62,990 nt of DNA, filler included, from Circinaria calcarea (GCA_051942165.1; 9 parts of 9 records of this genome joined end to end with filler, not necessarily neighbours in it), one strand, 5' to 3'; shown: positions 1 through 11,430, numbered from the whole stretch's first letter. Translations and numbers: made by a program. The notes: generated from the sequence alone by a model not told the origin.

Positions 1-228
1 CGGAGGGTTCAAGCTGTTTCCATAGATTAATAGTAATCGCTTCTATGCCCGAATCGAGATCATTCTTCCTACCAAAAACTACCAAAGATGCACATATCTC
101 ACAGCGATGCCAAGCCCTGCAAAAACTCCGGGGGTATCGCCCTCCCAGCCCAGTCCGCTTAAAATCACAGTTCCAGTTCATCAGACCTCCTCCCTAATTC
201 CACCGTGACTCTTTCAGTACCCTAACCT

Positions 229-1820
229 TCAATCCCACGGGAAATCAGCCTCTTCCACTCTCGTACACGTGAGATAGCCCAACCCGCCCCCGTCCCTACC
301 GAGATCCAACTCCAGACAGTTCCGCAACACGGGCTTCACCATGTCTGTCGCCGATCTCTTGAGCTCATTCATCCGCATCTCGAACAGCTTTAGATTGTCC
401 CTGCTGTAGTCGTCCGGCCGACGTTTCAGGAAGCGCTTGAGCTCTTCGTGGTTGAGATAAGAGGAACCCCCGGTGCCGAGGAGACGGTAGATTCGGCCGA
501 TACTGGGCGTAAGCTGTGCATTCCTGGCCTGTTCGTACCAGTTTAACGGTGCGTCGACTTTGGGTTTTGCGGGCCTGGCATCTGCGGTATTCTCCGCCAC
601 CCAGTCCCGGAAAAGGGAGTTGGCCAACCATCCGAGAGGGTCATTGTAGGGGTTTACTCGGTCACCCCTACCAGGTGTCTTCAAGCTGAGGCGTAGTAGG
701 CGACCTTCGATTTTGGCTTTCAGGTCCTCCATCTCTTCGACTTTGTCTTCTATAAGCTCCATGATGGATTCAGGAAGACCATGAAGCTGCGGAGATCCAA
801 GAGGCCATTGTCCGACAACATGGATAAGTGCCTCTGCAAAAATCACCTTCGAACGGGCGAGGTAACCCAACCTGAGATAACTTGGTGGGTATTTAGCAAT
901 CTGCTTCCAGAGCCGACTTTGATATTGCAGGAGATGATGATCTATCCGAGGGCCAACCACCTCAAGGGCATCGTACATGTCAGCCAACGCAAGAAGGGTT
1001 TTGCATTGTATGTATGCTTCCGTGATATTGACTGGATCAAGAGCCGGGGGATAGTTGTAGAAGATTCGGAATAAATTGTCGTAGTCTCGTAGGACATAGT
1101 TGTCGGGCTCATTCTTTGTAGCTGATGAAGTGATATGAATGGCAGATTGTATGGCAGACATCGATCTGAAGAATCCGTTCGATGGCGCCGTAGGTTTGTT
1201 GCGAACGGGCGGGGGTCGGGAAGAATGATCCCCCCCGAATAATGTTGACGGTGGCGGCTGTATGACATGTGTCAGTCCATGGAGCCATGTCGCTTTCATC
1301 TGATCCTCACCTTTTGTATCAACATTGGTACTTCGTCTTCCTGGTTCTCCGAGTCAAGCTCATATCTCCACCGAGGCCTATGTCCAGCAAGCGGGACTGG
1401 ACCAGACCTCCTGCTCGGACCCCCTCTTTCTTCCTCCTCTCCAATCCTTCCCAACGCCCTGTCAGGCGCTTGAGCCGCGCCTTGTATCAACGACTGAGCC
1501 TGGGCACGCGACCATTCCTCGCTAGTGGAAGCCTCGAAGAAGCCCGAGCACTGGGCCAGGATCAACCTGTGCAATATGTATCTCTTTTCCTGGCCTTCAT
1601 AGTTGACGATGATCTCAACATCCCCCGTATTCGCAAAGTTGGGGAACTCGTTTTGCGGCGCATACGATGAGCCACCGTGGTGAGAACGGTGGTTTCGATG
1701 ACGGCGCGTAGTGGTACTTCGAGACGAAACCGAGGGAGGCCGGCGGGGTGGCTCTGCTGAATAGGAATGTGAGACCATCGGAGTAGAAAGATTGGAAGCA
1801 GAGGCACTGCCGGAAGTCAT
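229..1820 (-). CDS. Conserved fungal BTB/POZ-like domain protein (2 exons; intron 1258-1310)
   Basis: ORFs 1296..1943 and 229..1299 join in frame via a GTGAGG...CTGAC...CAG intron. The motif NEFPNFANTGDVEII...YILHRLILAQCSGFFEAS is BTB-like. The start ATG at 1820 is the most likely one but is not certain. Confidence 0.75.
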
Positions 1821-2063
1821 GTAGGGACTATGAGATCCGTCCGCATCGCCTAAAGAGAATTGAAATTTCTCCCTTGCGCGTTGGCGAGGGGAGGTTTGTG
1901 TTATAGACTCGACAATAGTCCCCAAGGAGAATCCTGGATGCACGATGGAGTACCACTAGTTAGAACACGTTCTACTTCCAAAGTATGTACGTGTCTTGCA
2001 TGCGTCAGTAGTGGTGGGAGTATTCGAGAGCAAAGATGGTTGTTGGAGAGAAATAGTTGGAAG

Positions 2064-2093
2064 CGAGTCGAGTCGAGTCGAGTCGAGTCGAGT
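2064..2093. repeat. (CGAGT)6 microsatellite
   Basis: Perfect pentanucleotide run upstream of the BTB-like gene. Confidence 0.9.
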
Positions 2094-3790
2094 TCCTGGC
2101 GCAGATTTCGATTCGAACGTCAACAGTGAAAGGTCACGCTATCCTATCGATAAGCCCAGAAACCCCATGCGGGTGCGGGGAAGCCGACGTGCCGACCAAT
2201 CCTCCCTCCTTACTCACGCCCAAAGACCTCAATCCAGGCAGACTGGCATGATGGGTGTTTCCAATGGCCCTGGTCAACGTGGGAAGATGATGCACTCTCT
2301 ACGGAGTATCCGTAGGGAACTCTGAGGTGGTCTCCAAAGGCCGACCCTTAGCAAGGAACATTTCCTCCAATGGCCCAGCGCGACATGTGTCGTTGGTGAC
2401 AGCTCATCGACGCAAGCAGTCGTGGTCAATGCGCTTGACGGCAGCTGCATCCTGTCATCTCTTCTATTGATCCGATATCACCGGGATAAATAAGCTTATT
2501 ACCGAAAAAGCAATCTCTGAGGTTGACTCGTCCATTTAGACCATCTGCCGTGGGGACTGAAGCCACAGGCATCTGGTCAATATTACTTGGCCCGCATGAA
2601 CCCGCCCACCACCCTACGACCACCTCGGATTCAGCGCTTCCTTGCGTGATCTGCTTGGCTGATTTGCCTCAGGGGTCCATCTCCTTATCATACTCCGACA
2701 TTGCAACCCAACATGGTCCTCTTAAAGCTTTGTCTGATCTGCCATCCAGGAAAGTCGCTACGGCCCTCTGGAGGCTGTGTGAGGTCAATGCTAGATGGAA
2801 AAACAATATGGCTTGGGCGTCGGTAGATACCTATGCTCCTACAGACCCCACCTAGCAGGGCTTAACGGTGAGATGCGAAATCAAAAAAGAGAATGCATTG
2901 ACAATTCGGCAGTCATTGGATGGTCGAGGTGGGTATGACTGGCTCGCTTGAGAACCGTGCCCCAGAACGTTCTTGATAGCACTACCAGGTAGCCTCAAAG
3001 CTCTGGACAGGGCTGACGCCGGTAACAAAATAACTCCTATGAATTTTACAAACATCTACAAACCGCTCTACCATATGACCAAAGGACGTGTCACTAGACA
3101 AAGAATACCTCTGCTTCCCGAAGAGTCAAAAGCTATCTCTATCCGACCGAGTCTGTCAAGACATGGAGGGAGTTGCCCATCTGGCATAGTGCCTTTCCCG
3201 TATAACTTCTGCTTGGACCTCTCCAGACGATACCAGGTCTTCGTTAGAGCAAGACTCATGCAAGTTATTCTGATTCACGGCAGGTGCAGTATCTCTTAAA
3301 TGTTCGTCCATACTGTAATGGATTGTATTCCAACAGGGACTCGTCCAGGTCGAGTACTGCTACGTGTTGGATGACACATCTGATAGCTGTAAAAGCCATA
3401 CTTTAACTCTGCATTCCTTTTTGCATAATTGAAAGACCTGCTGAAGGATCGAATCTATCTCCTTAGCTCCTTATTGTAGTGACCTTTCCTTCCAGAAAAT
3501 TGCCTTCATATCTCGGGGCTAGTAGAAGCAGTCGCCATGCAATCTTTTCAAACGCGCAAGTTGTATATTCCTCAGCGCGCTACAGGACGCTAAGCTCGCT
3601 TGAGCTTTGAAAAACAGATACCAAGAGATGAGACTCTTCTGGACAAGTACTCTGTTGGTATTCAAGAACAAATCCAGTGATAACGCTTTGAGCCATCCTA
3701 AAGCACTCAATACGCAACTCTTCAGACTTCATTCAAGCTATTCGTTACAATCTGTCCTGTGTCCACCTTCAGTCGACGTCTTGGGAAGAG

Positions 3791-4483
3791 ATGGAGCCCC
3801 TGCTCTTGCTGGTCTATAGTCTCACGCTCATCGCCTCCATGGATGTCATCCTCGTAATTGCGCATCTGATTACAATTGACCCATTATCTCGGCTTGGTCG
3901 CACCGTGGGCATAAGAAACTGGCTTCAAGGACGTCATGAATGCCGCCGTATCCTCATCGTCTGGTTGACATTGCTGTGTGTTATTCAAATCGTCTTACTC
4001 AGTACTGGCTTCTCTGTCATCGGAAAAGACATCTTCGTCCTGTACAATCACCTCCGGGAAACTGATGATCGGATCAACATTGGGGGTCTTTGGTCTCAAC
4101 TGGCGACCGCACTTAGCATCATGTCCTTTGTTGGGCTCTTCGTCTTCCTCAATGCAATCAAGGAAATATTCAAGTACCAGCCGCAGACTCTACGGATAGA
4201 GCTTCGCTATCACACAATCAGACTGCCGCAAAGACGCTACTTTGTCGCGGGCCACTGTCTCCTTGACCTGTGTGCTATTTTGTCAGTTCTTTTGTCTTGT
4301 TCAGACGCTTGGTATGGAAACAGTGCTGCCAGAATCATTAGAGTCAAACTCATTTTAGGCTTCTTTGCCATCTTGTTACTTGCATCAGGAACGGCAATGT
4401 GCATCTATGCAGTCTTGAACTGGCAACTCACATCTATCCGTGATCGTGCAGAATTGCAACTGATACCACCATCAGAGGATTAA
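3791..4483 (+). CDS. Hypothetical multi-pass membrane protein (230 aa, intronless)
   Basis: Uninterrupted ATG-to-TAA ORF with about 5 long hydrophobic segments. No family recognised. Confidence 0.5.
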   Translation: MEPLLLLVYSLTLIASMDVILVIAHLITIDPLSRLGRTVGIRNWLQGRHECRRILIVWLTLLCVIQIVLLSTGFSVIGKDIFVLYNHLRETDDRINIGGLWSQLATALSIMSFVGLFVFLNAIKEIFKYQPQTLRIELRYHTIRLPQRRYFVAGHCLLDLCAILSVLLSCSDAWYGNSAARIIRVKLILGFFAILLLASGTAMCIYAVLNWQLTSIRDRAELQLIPPSED

Positions 4484-4734
4484 CGGCAGCATACCCACGC
4501 AGAGCGGATAAACTAAGGACAGGCCCTCCCATTATATGAGTGCCAGAGGGTATCTCGCTTGATGGAGCGTTCGCAACAGATACGCCCACTCGAAGTGGGC
4601 CTTAATAAATATGCTTTGCTTTACATATGCAATCCGTTTCACGGCAAGTTCATGACCCTTGCCTAACTCAGTAATTGCTGCTGATATTCTGCCATGAAAG
4701 TGTTATTCCGAGCAGCAAAAAGATGACATGACAG

Positions 4735-4953
4735 ATCGCGAAACCTTCGAGGCTGGCTCGATACGTAGCCGTGAGTAGCAAACCTGCGCCGTTCCGTACC
4801 GAGTCTTTCTGTACTCTCGCGAGTGTTTTCGGGGAGGTGATTAGGAGATGGGAGGACCATAGGGGTGTCAAGGATGAGAACCGGATGTTGTAGGGTGGAG
4901 ATTCTAGCGTGGTACCAATGCCGCCGTCGAGGAGGAGGATTGGCGAAGGGCAT
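4735..4953 (-). pseudogene. N-terminal fragment of homocysteine S-methyltransferase (SAM4/MHT1 family)
   Basis: PILLLDGGIGTTLE...TPLWSSHLLITSP...GAGLLLTATYRASLEGF matches the HMT N-terminus. The ATG at 4953 is out of frame by 1 nt, and similarity ends after about 70 codons. Confidence 0.8.
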
Positions 4954-5247
4954 AGGGAGATTTGCAGGGAAGTCATCCAAAAGTAAAACAACTGTATAAT
5001 ACCAGAGGGAAACGGCAGCAAAATTTTCTTCAAGCACAGTTGCGTCAATTTTTGCGAGTCTCAAGGAACCATTGCATTAGAATTGATACTTTTATCTTCT
5101 TCTCTTCTTCGGCTCTTTCTGAGCCTTGGAAGATAGATGCCTACAACATCGTATTGCTATGAATGTGGGAAACGATGCGGAATAGAAAAGAGTTCGAGTG
5201 ATGAGATATGTATGTGTGAATTCTGAATAGTTGGAACTTGAGGATTT

Positions 5248-5268
5248 GATGATGATGATGATGATGAT
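5248..5268. repeat. (GAT)7 microsatellite
   Basis: Direct reading. Confidence 0.85.
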
Positions 5269-5760
5269 GCAGGAGGAGTAGAGTTAGTAAGTGTAGGTAT
5301 AAGCGGTCTTGAGATTCTAGATGCAGGATTTGTAAATGAGGAGGGATAACGGTTAACAGAGAAGTTGGTTGATTGAAGAGTAATTCTACCGTAGCTGCTT
5401 AGAGTTGTGAGTGAACCTCTGGATTCACGGCTGTAGAGGCCTAATGTTAGGGGGGTAGATTACGGTCGGCAAGTTAGTAGGTTAGCCGATTCTTGCTTGC
5501 CCTACCATATTACTAGTAGAGCGTAGTAATTAGTCGAATATGGTACGGTGGCCGACATTCCAGGCCCATGCTATCGAAATGACCTCGGGGAAGTGAATGA
5601 CATTGTCCCGTCAGCAACCTATCAGCAGAGCAGGTCATTCCTCTTTTTCCACTCCTTATTCCGTTTAGTAGAAGCTCGCCGGCTTCATCTTCCCATCTTT
5701 TCCCAAGCAGTATGAGATAGATCAAAGTCCTACCCTTTCTCTTCTTCTTCTTCTCAGAAA

Positions 5761-6858
5761 ATGCTCGATCCCTTCCTCGCCCCTCCGCCTTTCCTCAGCG
5801 CTCTCGCTGCCCCGATAGCCCGAGCTTTCAATCTCACCACCCTCCCCCTCCATATCCATGAGGTCGTCCTCGCCTTCGCATTCTACCACCTGGTCAACAG
5901 TGTCGGGGCGCCGTGGATCTCCACCAAGCTCTTCCCCACCATCTATCCGACCTTCAACGCCCGGACCAAAACGAACTGGGATGTTCGGGTGGTATCTCTG
6001 GTGCAGTCGAGCTTCATAAACGCCTTGACGCTATGGGTTATGTGGAAAGATGAAGAGAGGAACAGTATGGACTGGAGCGAGCGGATCTGGGGATATACGG
6101 GGGCTGGAGGCATGATCCAGGGATTCGCTGCGGGCTATTTTCTTTGGGATCTCTGCGTCAGCCTTATGAATATCAGTATATTTGGCTGGGGGCTACTCGC
6201 GCATGCAATCGCTGCGCTGATAGTGTTTTCATTGGGGTTTGTAAGTCATGTGTACTTCCCAGTATTGGGCATCTACTAACGGGGGCTTCGGTATTAGAGA
6301 CCATTCGTTAACTTTTATGGTCCTACCTTTATCCTCTACGAGCTCTCCTCGCCCTTCCTCAACTTCCACTGGTTCTTTGACAAAATCAACATGACCGGTT
6401 CTAAAGCTCAACTATACAACGGTCTCTTCCTCCTCTTCACCTTCTTCTCCTGCCGCCTCGTTTGGGGAACCTACCAATCAATTCGTGTTTACCAAGACGT
6501 CTGGGCTGCCATCCAAACTCCGGGTACGTTGGTACGACAAGCTAATTATACTGGGGTTGCGACAGAGAAGAGCCTGAATCCGGATACGGAAATGATGCGC
6601 TTTGCAGGGGAGCGGGTGGTCCCTGTCTGGCTGGCATGCACGTATTTAGGCAGCAATATCGTGCTGAACACGTTGAATTTTTACTGGTTTGGCAAGATGA
6701 TAGAAACGATAAAGAAGAGGTTCCAGCCCACAAAGGAAAGGGTATCAAAGATGGGTGTACATTCGAGGAGTGAGGAAAGGCTCAAGGCCGAAATGCATGC
6801 AAATGGCGTGAAGGTTGTTTCGGTGGAGAAGACGGAGGTAAGGCGGCGAAGAGGATGA
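5761..6858 (+). CDS. TLC (TRAM/LAG1/CLN8; DUF887, TMEM56/Tda4-like) membrane protein (exons 5761-6240, 6298-6858)
   Basis: Motifs WDVRVVSLVQS, GYFLWD, YELSSPFLNFHW and LNFYWFGKMI. Intron 6241-6297 is GTAAGT...CTAAC...TAG. Confidence 0.9.
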
Positions 6859-6926
6859 TGGTCGCTTTGTCTCCCAATATCATCCTCGGGTTCGATATAA
6901 TAATGTAGGCGACGTCTGTATATCCG

Positions 6927-7026
6927 NNNNNNNNNNNNNNNNNNNNNNNNNNNNNNNNNNNNNNNNNNNNTTAATTAATTAANNNNNNNNNNNNNNNNNN
7001 NNNNNNNNNNNNNNNNNNNNNNNNNN
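6927..7026. other. Artificial contig-joining spacer (N44-TTAATTAATTAA-N44)
   Basis: Identical 100-bp spacer repeated 8 times. The 12-mer carries stop codons in all six frames. Confidence 0.98.
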
Positions 7027-7027
7027 C

Positions 7028-7183
7028 GCCGAAATGCGCCTAATTCTCGCCCGTCTAATGTGGAACTTCGACATTGCAGTTCCTAACGAGGGCCAGAAAG
7101 TCATGAGCTGGGCAAGCCAGAAAACCTACGTACTGGTTGAGAAGCAGCCTTTTGAAATTAGGCTCAAATATGTTGGAAAATAG
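7028..7183 (+). CDS. Cytochrome P450, C-terminal 51 aa only (5' lost at contig edge)
   Basis: AEMRLILARLMWNFDI...W.SQKTYVLVEKQPFEIRL* is the segment that follows the heme Cys in fungal secondary-metabolism P450s (CYP65-like). It is not in the ORF track. Confidence 0.85.
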   Translation, partial: AEMRLILARLMWNFDIAVPNEGQKVMSWASQKTYVLVEKQPFEIRLKYVGK

Positions 7184-7361
7184 AGGAAAGCGGGAAAGTT
7201 CTGAAAGTTTGAACGACCGAGATACTGAGGTGATTACGGTAAGAAGGAAAAGCACTTGTTTGGGAGCAAACATGGATACTAACAGGTGTCGCTGGGATAG
7301 GAGAGATGGAAGGCTGAGCGTCACTTGCCTGTAAATTTTTAAACCGTGAGGGCGTCCTACT

Positions 7362-7801
7362 CGATTCAATTACGCCTACAGGTACATTCGAAACTTTTAC
7401 TTTCCCGACTGATGGGGCTGTATTAACAGATGTAGTCCTCTTACCGGAGGCTTTCTCACTGGAATATTCACCAAGGGTGCCGATGTCAAGGGGACCCGGT
7501 TCGAAGAAGGTAATCCTAAAGGTAATTCTTCAAGCAGACGTACGACAAGCCAGGCATACATGCGGCCATCAGAAAGCTTCAGGCCAGCCTAGATTCTCAT
7601 GGAATGGGGCTTGCTGAGGCGTCCTTGAGATGGCTCTACTACGACTCCGCGTTGGGAGAAGGTGACGGCGTAATTCTCGGAGCCAGTAAAGCTTCTCAGG
7701 TCCAGCAGAATACCAGGGATATCTCGAAAGATCCCCTTCCCCGCCAACTACTAGCGGGATCTGAGGAGATGTGGGAGCTGGCCAGGGGAGGGATCTCGTG
7801 A
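7362..7801 (+). pseudogene. Aldo-keto reductase (AKR7/aflatoxin aldehyde reductase-like), 5'-truncated and frameshifted
   Basis: YAYS|PLTGGFLTG spans intron 7382-7435, followed by EASLRWLYYDSALGEGDGVILGAS. There is a frameshift near 7528 and no room for the N-terminal half after the P450 stop. Confidence 0.8.
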
Positions 7802-7880
7802 TTATAGAAGATATGGCGGTAAATGCCGCTGATATTCTCGAGTTACACCATAATCGCCCAATAGCCTAAAGCAATCGATA

Positions 7881-8626
7881 GCAACTCCAATTTAAAAGCC
7901 TTGGCGTATTCTATGGTTACATGTCTGATAATCGTTTTTCACTCTTTTGGTAATTTACTAACACGCCTGCTCAGAACCCTCAAGGGTGTATCTCTTAAAT
8001 AGATTTCCGAGGAAAGCTTGATTTGTTTCAGTGCTAATTTCTATTCTCGACGCTGTTCTGGTTTAGGCAAGTAATCCCCATGCAACCCCCCAATTCCAAC
8101 GTTACATTCGGAGAAATTCGTAGCAGCAGGTCATACGCATTTCTCCCCCCACCCTACTCTGCCCTGTTAATCCGGCCGAGCGGGAGACGGGGGCCGTTGG
8201 TTTTACTCCGCATTGAAAATCAAATGGCGACGGGTTAGGGGAGGGGGCACGCGCCTGACAAAAAACTCTGCAACCCCAACTTAAAAGCCTTGGTGTATTC
8301 TATGGTTACATGTCTGATAATCGTTTTCCACTCTTTTGACAATTTACTAATACGCCTGCTCAGAACCCTCAAGGGTGTATATCTTAAAGAGATTTCCAAG
8401 GAAAGCTTGATTTGTTTCAGTGCTAATCTCTATTTTGGACGCTATTCTGGTTTAGGCAAGTAATCCCCATGCAATTCCAACGTTACATTCGGAGAATTTC
8501 GTAGTAGCAGGTCATGCGCATTTCCCACCCCCCCAAAACCTACTCTGCCCTGTTAATCCAGCCGAGTGGAGACGGGGCCGTTGATTTTACTCCGCCTAGA
8601 AAATCAAATGGCGACGGGGTAGGGGA
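7881..8626. repeat. Tandem direct duplication of ~360 bp (copies ~7881-8245 and ~8270-8626)
   Basis: Both copies start GCAACYCCAAYTTAAAAGCCTTGGYGTATTCTATGGTTACATG and end AAAATCAAATGGCGACGGG. Differences are mainly transitions plus small indels. Confidence 0.95.
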
Positions 8627-8900
8627 AAGGGAGGGGAAAAGAGGATCCATTATGCAGAGCATAGATTAGCCAATGTTGCATCCCGCTTTTTGCCTGCCCG
8701 AAGCAATCCTCCACATCGGGCATCCTTCGCTTCTGCAATAGGCCTTCAGTCCCGCCTTTGCTTTACAACCAAATTCTTTTGCCTGATTTGCCTGATTTTG
8801 CCTGGCACCGAGGTCATATGGACCAACGACGAGGGGGATCGTGATCAAAAGCCAATTACGCCCAATCGGTCACCGTTGATTAGACGGTATGTTGTATAGG

Positions 8901-8965
8901 AATCGAGGATCTTTTGGTTGACTACCTTTTTCATGAGAAAAAAATGGTGTCAACTAAAATCGATT
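8901..8965. repeat. Imperfect inverted repeat / hairpin
   Basis: The arms AATCGA..TTTTGGTTGACTACCTTTTT and AAAAAAATGGTGTCAACTAAAATCGATT are near reverse complements. Confidence 0.65.
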
Positions 8966-9273
8966 AAATACAAACTAAGAGTATGGAGCATAAGTCATTG
9001 GCCACCCCCCATTTTTTCTAAGTTCCCTCACCGCAGGGTAAATTAATAATATCGGTATCTTACAGCCCTACCAATATGCTAGTAGAGAGGAATTGGTGTT
9101 TTACATGGATGTGCAATACTAAAATGCAGTGTATCCCAGCTAATTTGGTGGCCAATGACTTATGCTCCATACTCTTACATTCAAAAAGGGGTTGGATTTT
9201 TGAGGGAAGAATATTTTTCCGTTCCGATTATCATTGCATGCATTATGTCGCGCCGCATGCTCCGACAGCAAAT

Positions 9274-10395
9274 ATGAAATTGGACGAATATATCATAGCC
9301 GCAAACATCGAACATCTTATACATCACAGAACCGATTCTAGAGGTGCTATTCTTAACCCTGTAGCTCTCGAGTACCACTGCCCTCTTGACAATAGGTAGC
9401 ACTGTGGCCTTGACATTATTCCTTGAAACTCTTCCTTCTCATTATGCAGACTTGATGTACTTTCAGTTGAAGTGCTCTATGGAATCCTTCAACCTTGACC
9501 TTCAAATTTTGACCTACTCCGCTCTGTAAACCACTGGGCGAGATCTACGATCGACACACTTCCCCAATACAACAAAATCATCACACATGCACCAAACAGC
9601 ATTTGCGCCGCTCTCAGCATCAGTATCTCCCCTTGGATATCTTGCCGTCAACTTTACAAAGAGTTGTGTTCTGAGAAATGTGCTGCTTGTGGTGCTTTCG
9701 GCCCATTCTTCTACCTCCTCTCCTGCAGTCGCATCTGCTACATATGTCTCATAGAGGACAGGCGATTCCTACCTCTGACGCCGACAAATGCCCGAATATC
9801 GTTTGGGCTTCACCATGACGACGTCTCTAGGTTACCCATGGCGCTCTCCCTCCCCGGTCGATATTCGGAACGCGCAAAGATTGCGGAGCCCTTTAGTTGA
9901 CCGAGAGTCAGCTAGGCAAGCGGGAATTGCAATACATCATTCAAGTGTGCAGATGGAAGAGTACGTGGGCTTATCCCTGCTTTTATTACTGGCATCTGAC
10001 ACTTGTATGTGGACTAGATATGTATTAAAGCTAAAGCTGAAGATAGTGCAAGATACAAAGCTAGATTAATATGGATGGGAAACTTATGGAGGGGAAACAT
10101 GCGTTCGCGGAAACCGCCCTGCCCGCCATTTATCAACACTTTTGATTCAAAGGGCAGCAACCCACATCGCTTCATGTGCGTGGTTGACTTCCCACTGCTC
10201 GATCACCGCAGTGGGAGAATCGAATGGGGGCTCTCGTGCAATGGCTGCCGGGACTTGTTTTGTTATGAAACAAACGGACTACTCGACTGGAGAAGATTAT
10301 ACACTGCAAGGGGTTATTTACAGTATGTTATAAAGTCTGACAAGTGCATTGAGGCATTGGCTTCGCTGCTCGACAAAGCAAACACTCTTGCATAG
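9274..10395 (+). pseudogene. Fungal F-box protein with Cys-rich (CxxCG..G..YL..C.R.C..C) domain, disabled
   Basis: F-box-like LDVLSVEVLYGIL...RSVN..AR.TIDTLPQY, then CAACGAFGPFFYLLSCSRICYIC and EWGLSCNGC. In-frame stops at 9397 and 10067 and frameshifts near 9495 and 9880. Confidence 0.8.
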
Positions 10396-10634
10396 TTTTC
10401 TTGGTACATAGCGCGCAGCCCTTTTAATATTGTAACGGCAGCGATAGACTATGAACTATATGGAGCAAGAAAATAGTCTCTCAATTAGCAGCTCACATTC
10501 ATACCTAGAGGTTCGGTGATAATGTATCATTTACTAATCTTCGACAGTGCCAGAACGCTGCATATCATCCAAACCCCTTTTTCACGACCCTTAACTCACC
10601 GACCCTTTAAGCTTTGAAAACTGAATATTCTAAG

Positions 10635-11430
10635 ATGAAAGACTTAGAGACCCTGCACATGTGTGTTGACTATGGCGACTTAAATAGCTACTACCATCTC
10701 CTCATCGACGGTCGACACTTCAAATATATATCCATTGAAAGCGGTACCTACGATACCTCGGTGACCTCCCCCTCCCCCCTATTCCGTCATCTAAGCTACC
10801 GCAACTCGCTCCTGGGAACTGGAAGCTTGGCCCCATAGCCCTAAGCGTTGGATACTGCTTCCCCCGCTGTTTTGCCTGGACTACCCGAACGAAGTTTTCA
10901 AGTATTGAAAATAGGTGGCACCCAACATACGTCGATTTCCTCTCGCTGGGAAGTAAAGTTAATCTGCTAATGGCAAACCGTCTACGAGGTGACTTGTGTC
11001 CTAATTCGACTTTCTCCAGTCATTTGCCAAATTTGCCCAGATTCCCCATGGGAAGATGGAGTACTGCAATCAGCGAAACTTTGGCGTACTCCTGGATAGA
11101 AGGGGACATGATATTCGGCCTGAAATTCCTTGGCCACCTAGTGGAAGAAAGGGAGGGTTGAATGGGGTTTCCTGCTTGAGAAAGTAGATAGATGGCCCAT
11201 CAGGCCGGAGTCAAACGATCTGCATCATTGGCGGACTGCCGTGTGTTCGAAACTTTTCATTCTTTGGGAATCTGCCATGGAGCGATCTGAAACCCGGCAC
11301 AAACTTTCTGGTGTCTTCCCGCGCATGTATTGTTGATTTCGAGTCTGCCGGAAAATGTGATGACCAGCAGACAATGAACCGAGAGCTACAGGACCTCCGA
11401 CAAGCAATTATGCAGCACCTCAACCAAAGG
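10635..11430 (+). pseudogene. Fungal protein-kinase-like family (often mis-annotated 'alpha-galactosidase A'), disabled
   Basis: Pieces spread over several frames: YYHLLIDGRHFKYISIE, WHPTYVDFL, AKFA.FPWE, ETLAYSWIEG, KFLGHLVEE, GFLLEK, H..GICHG.L, IVDFESA. Many frameshifts. Confidence 0.75.

Noticed and set aside
2800..2930. Faint Zn2Cys6-like spacing on the minus strand (SNDCRIV...KPC)
   Set aside because: Needs multiple frameshifts and lacks most cysteines.
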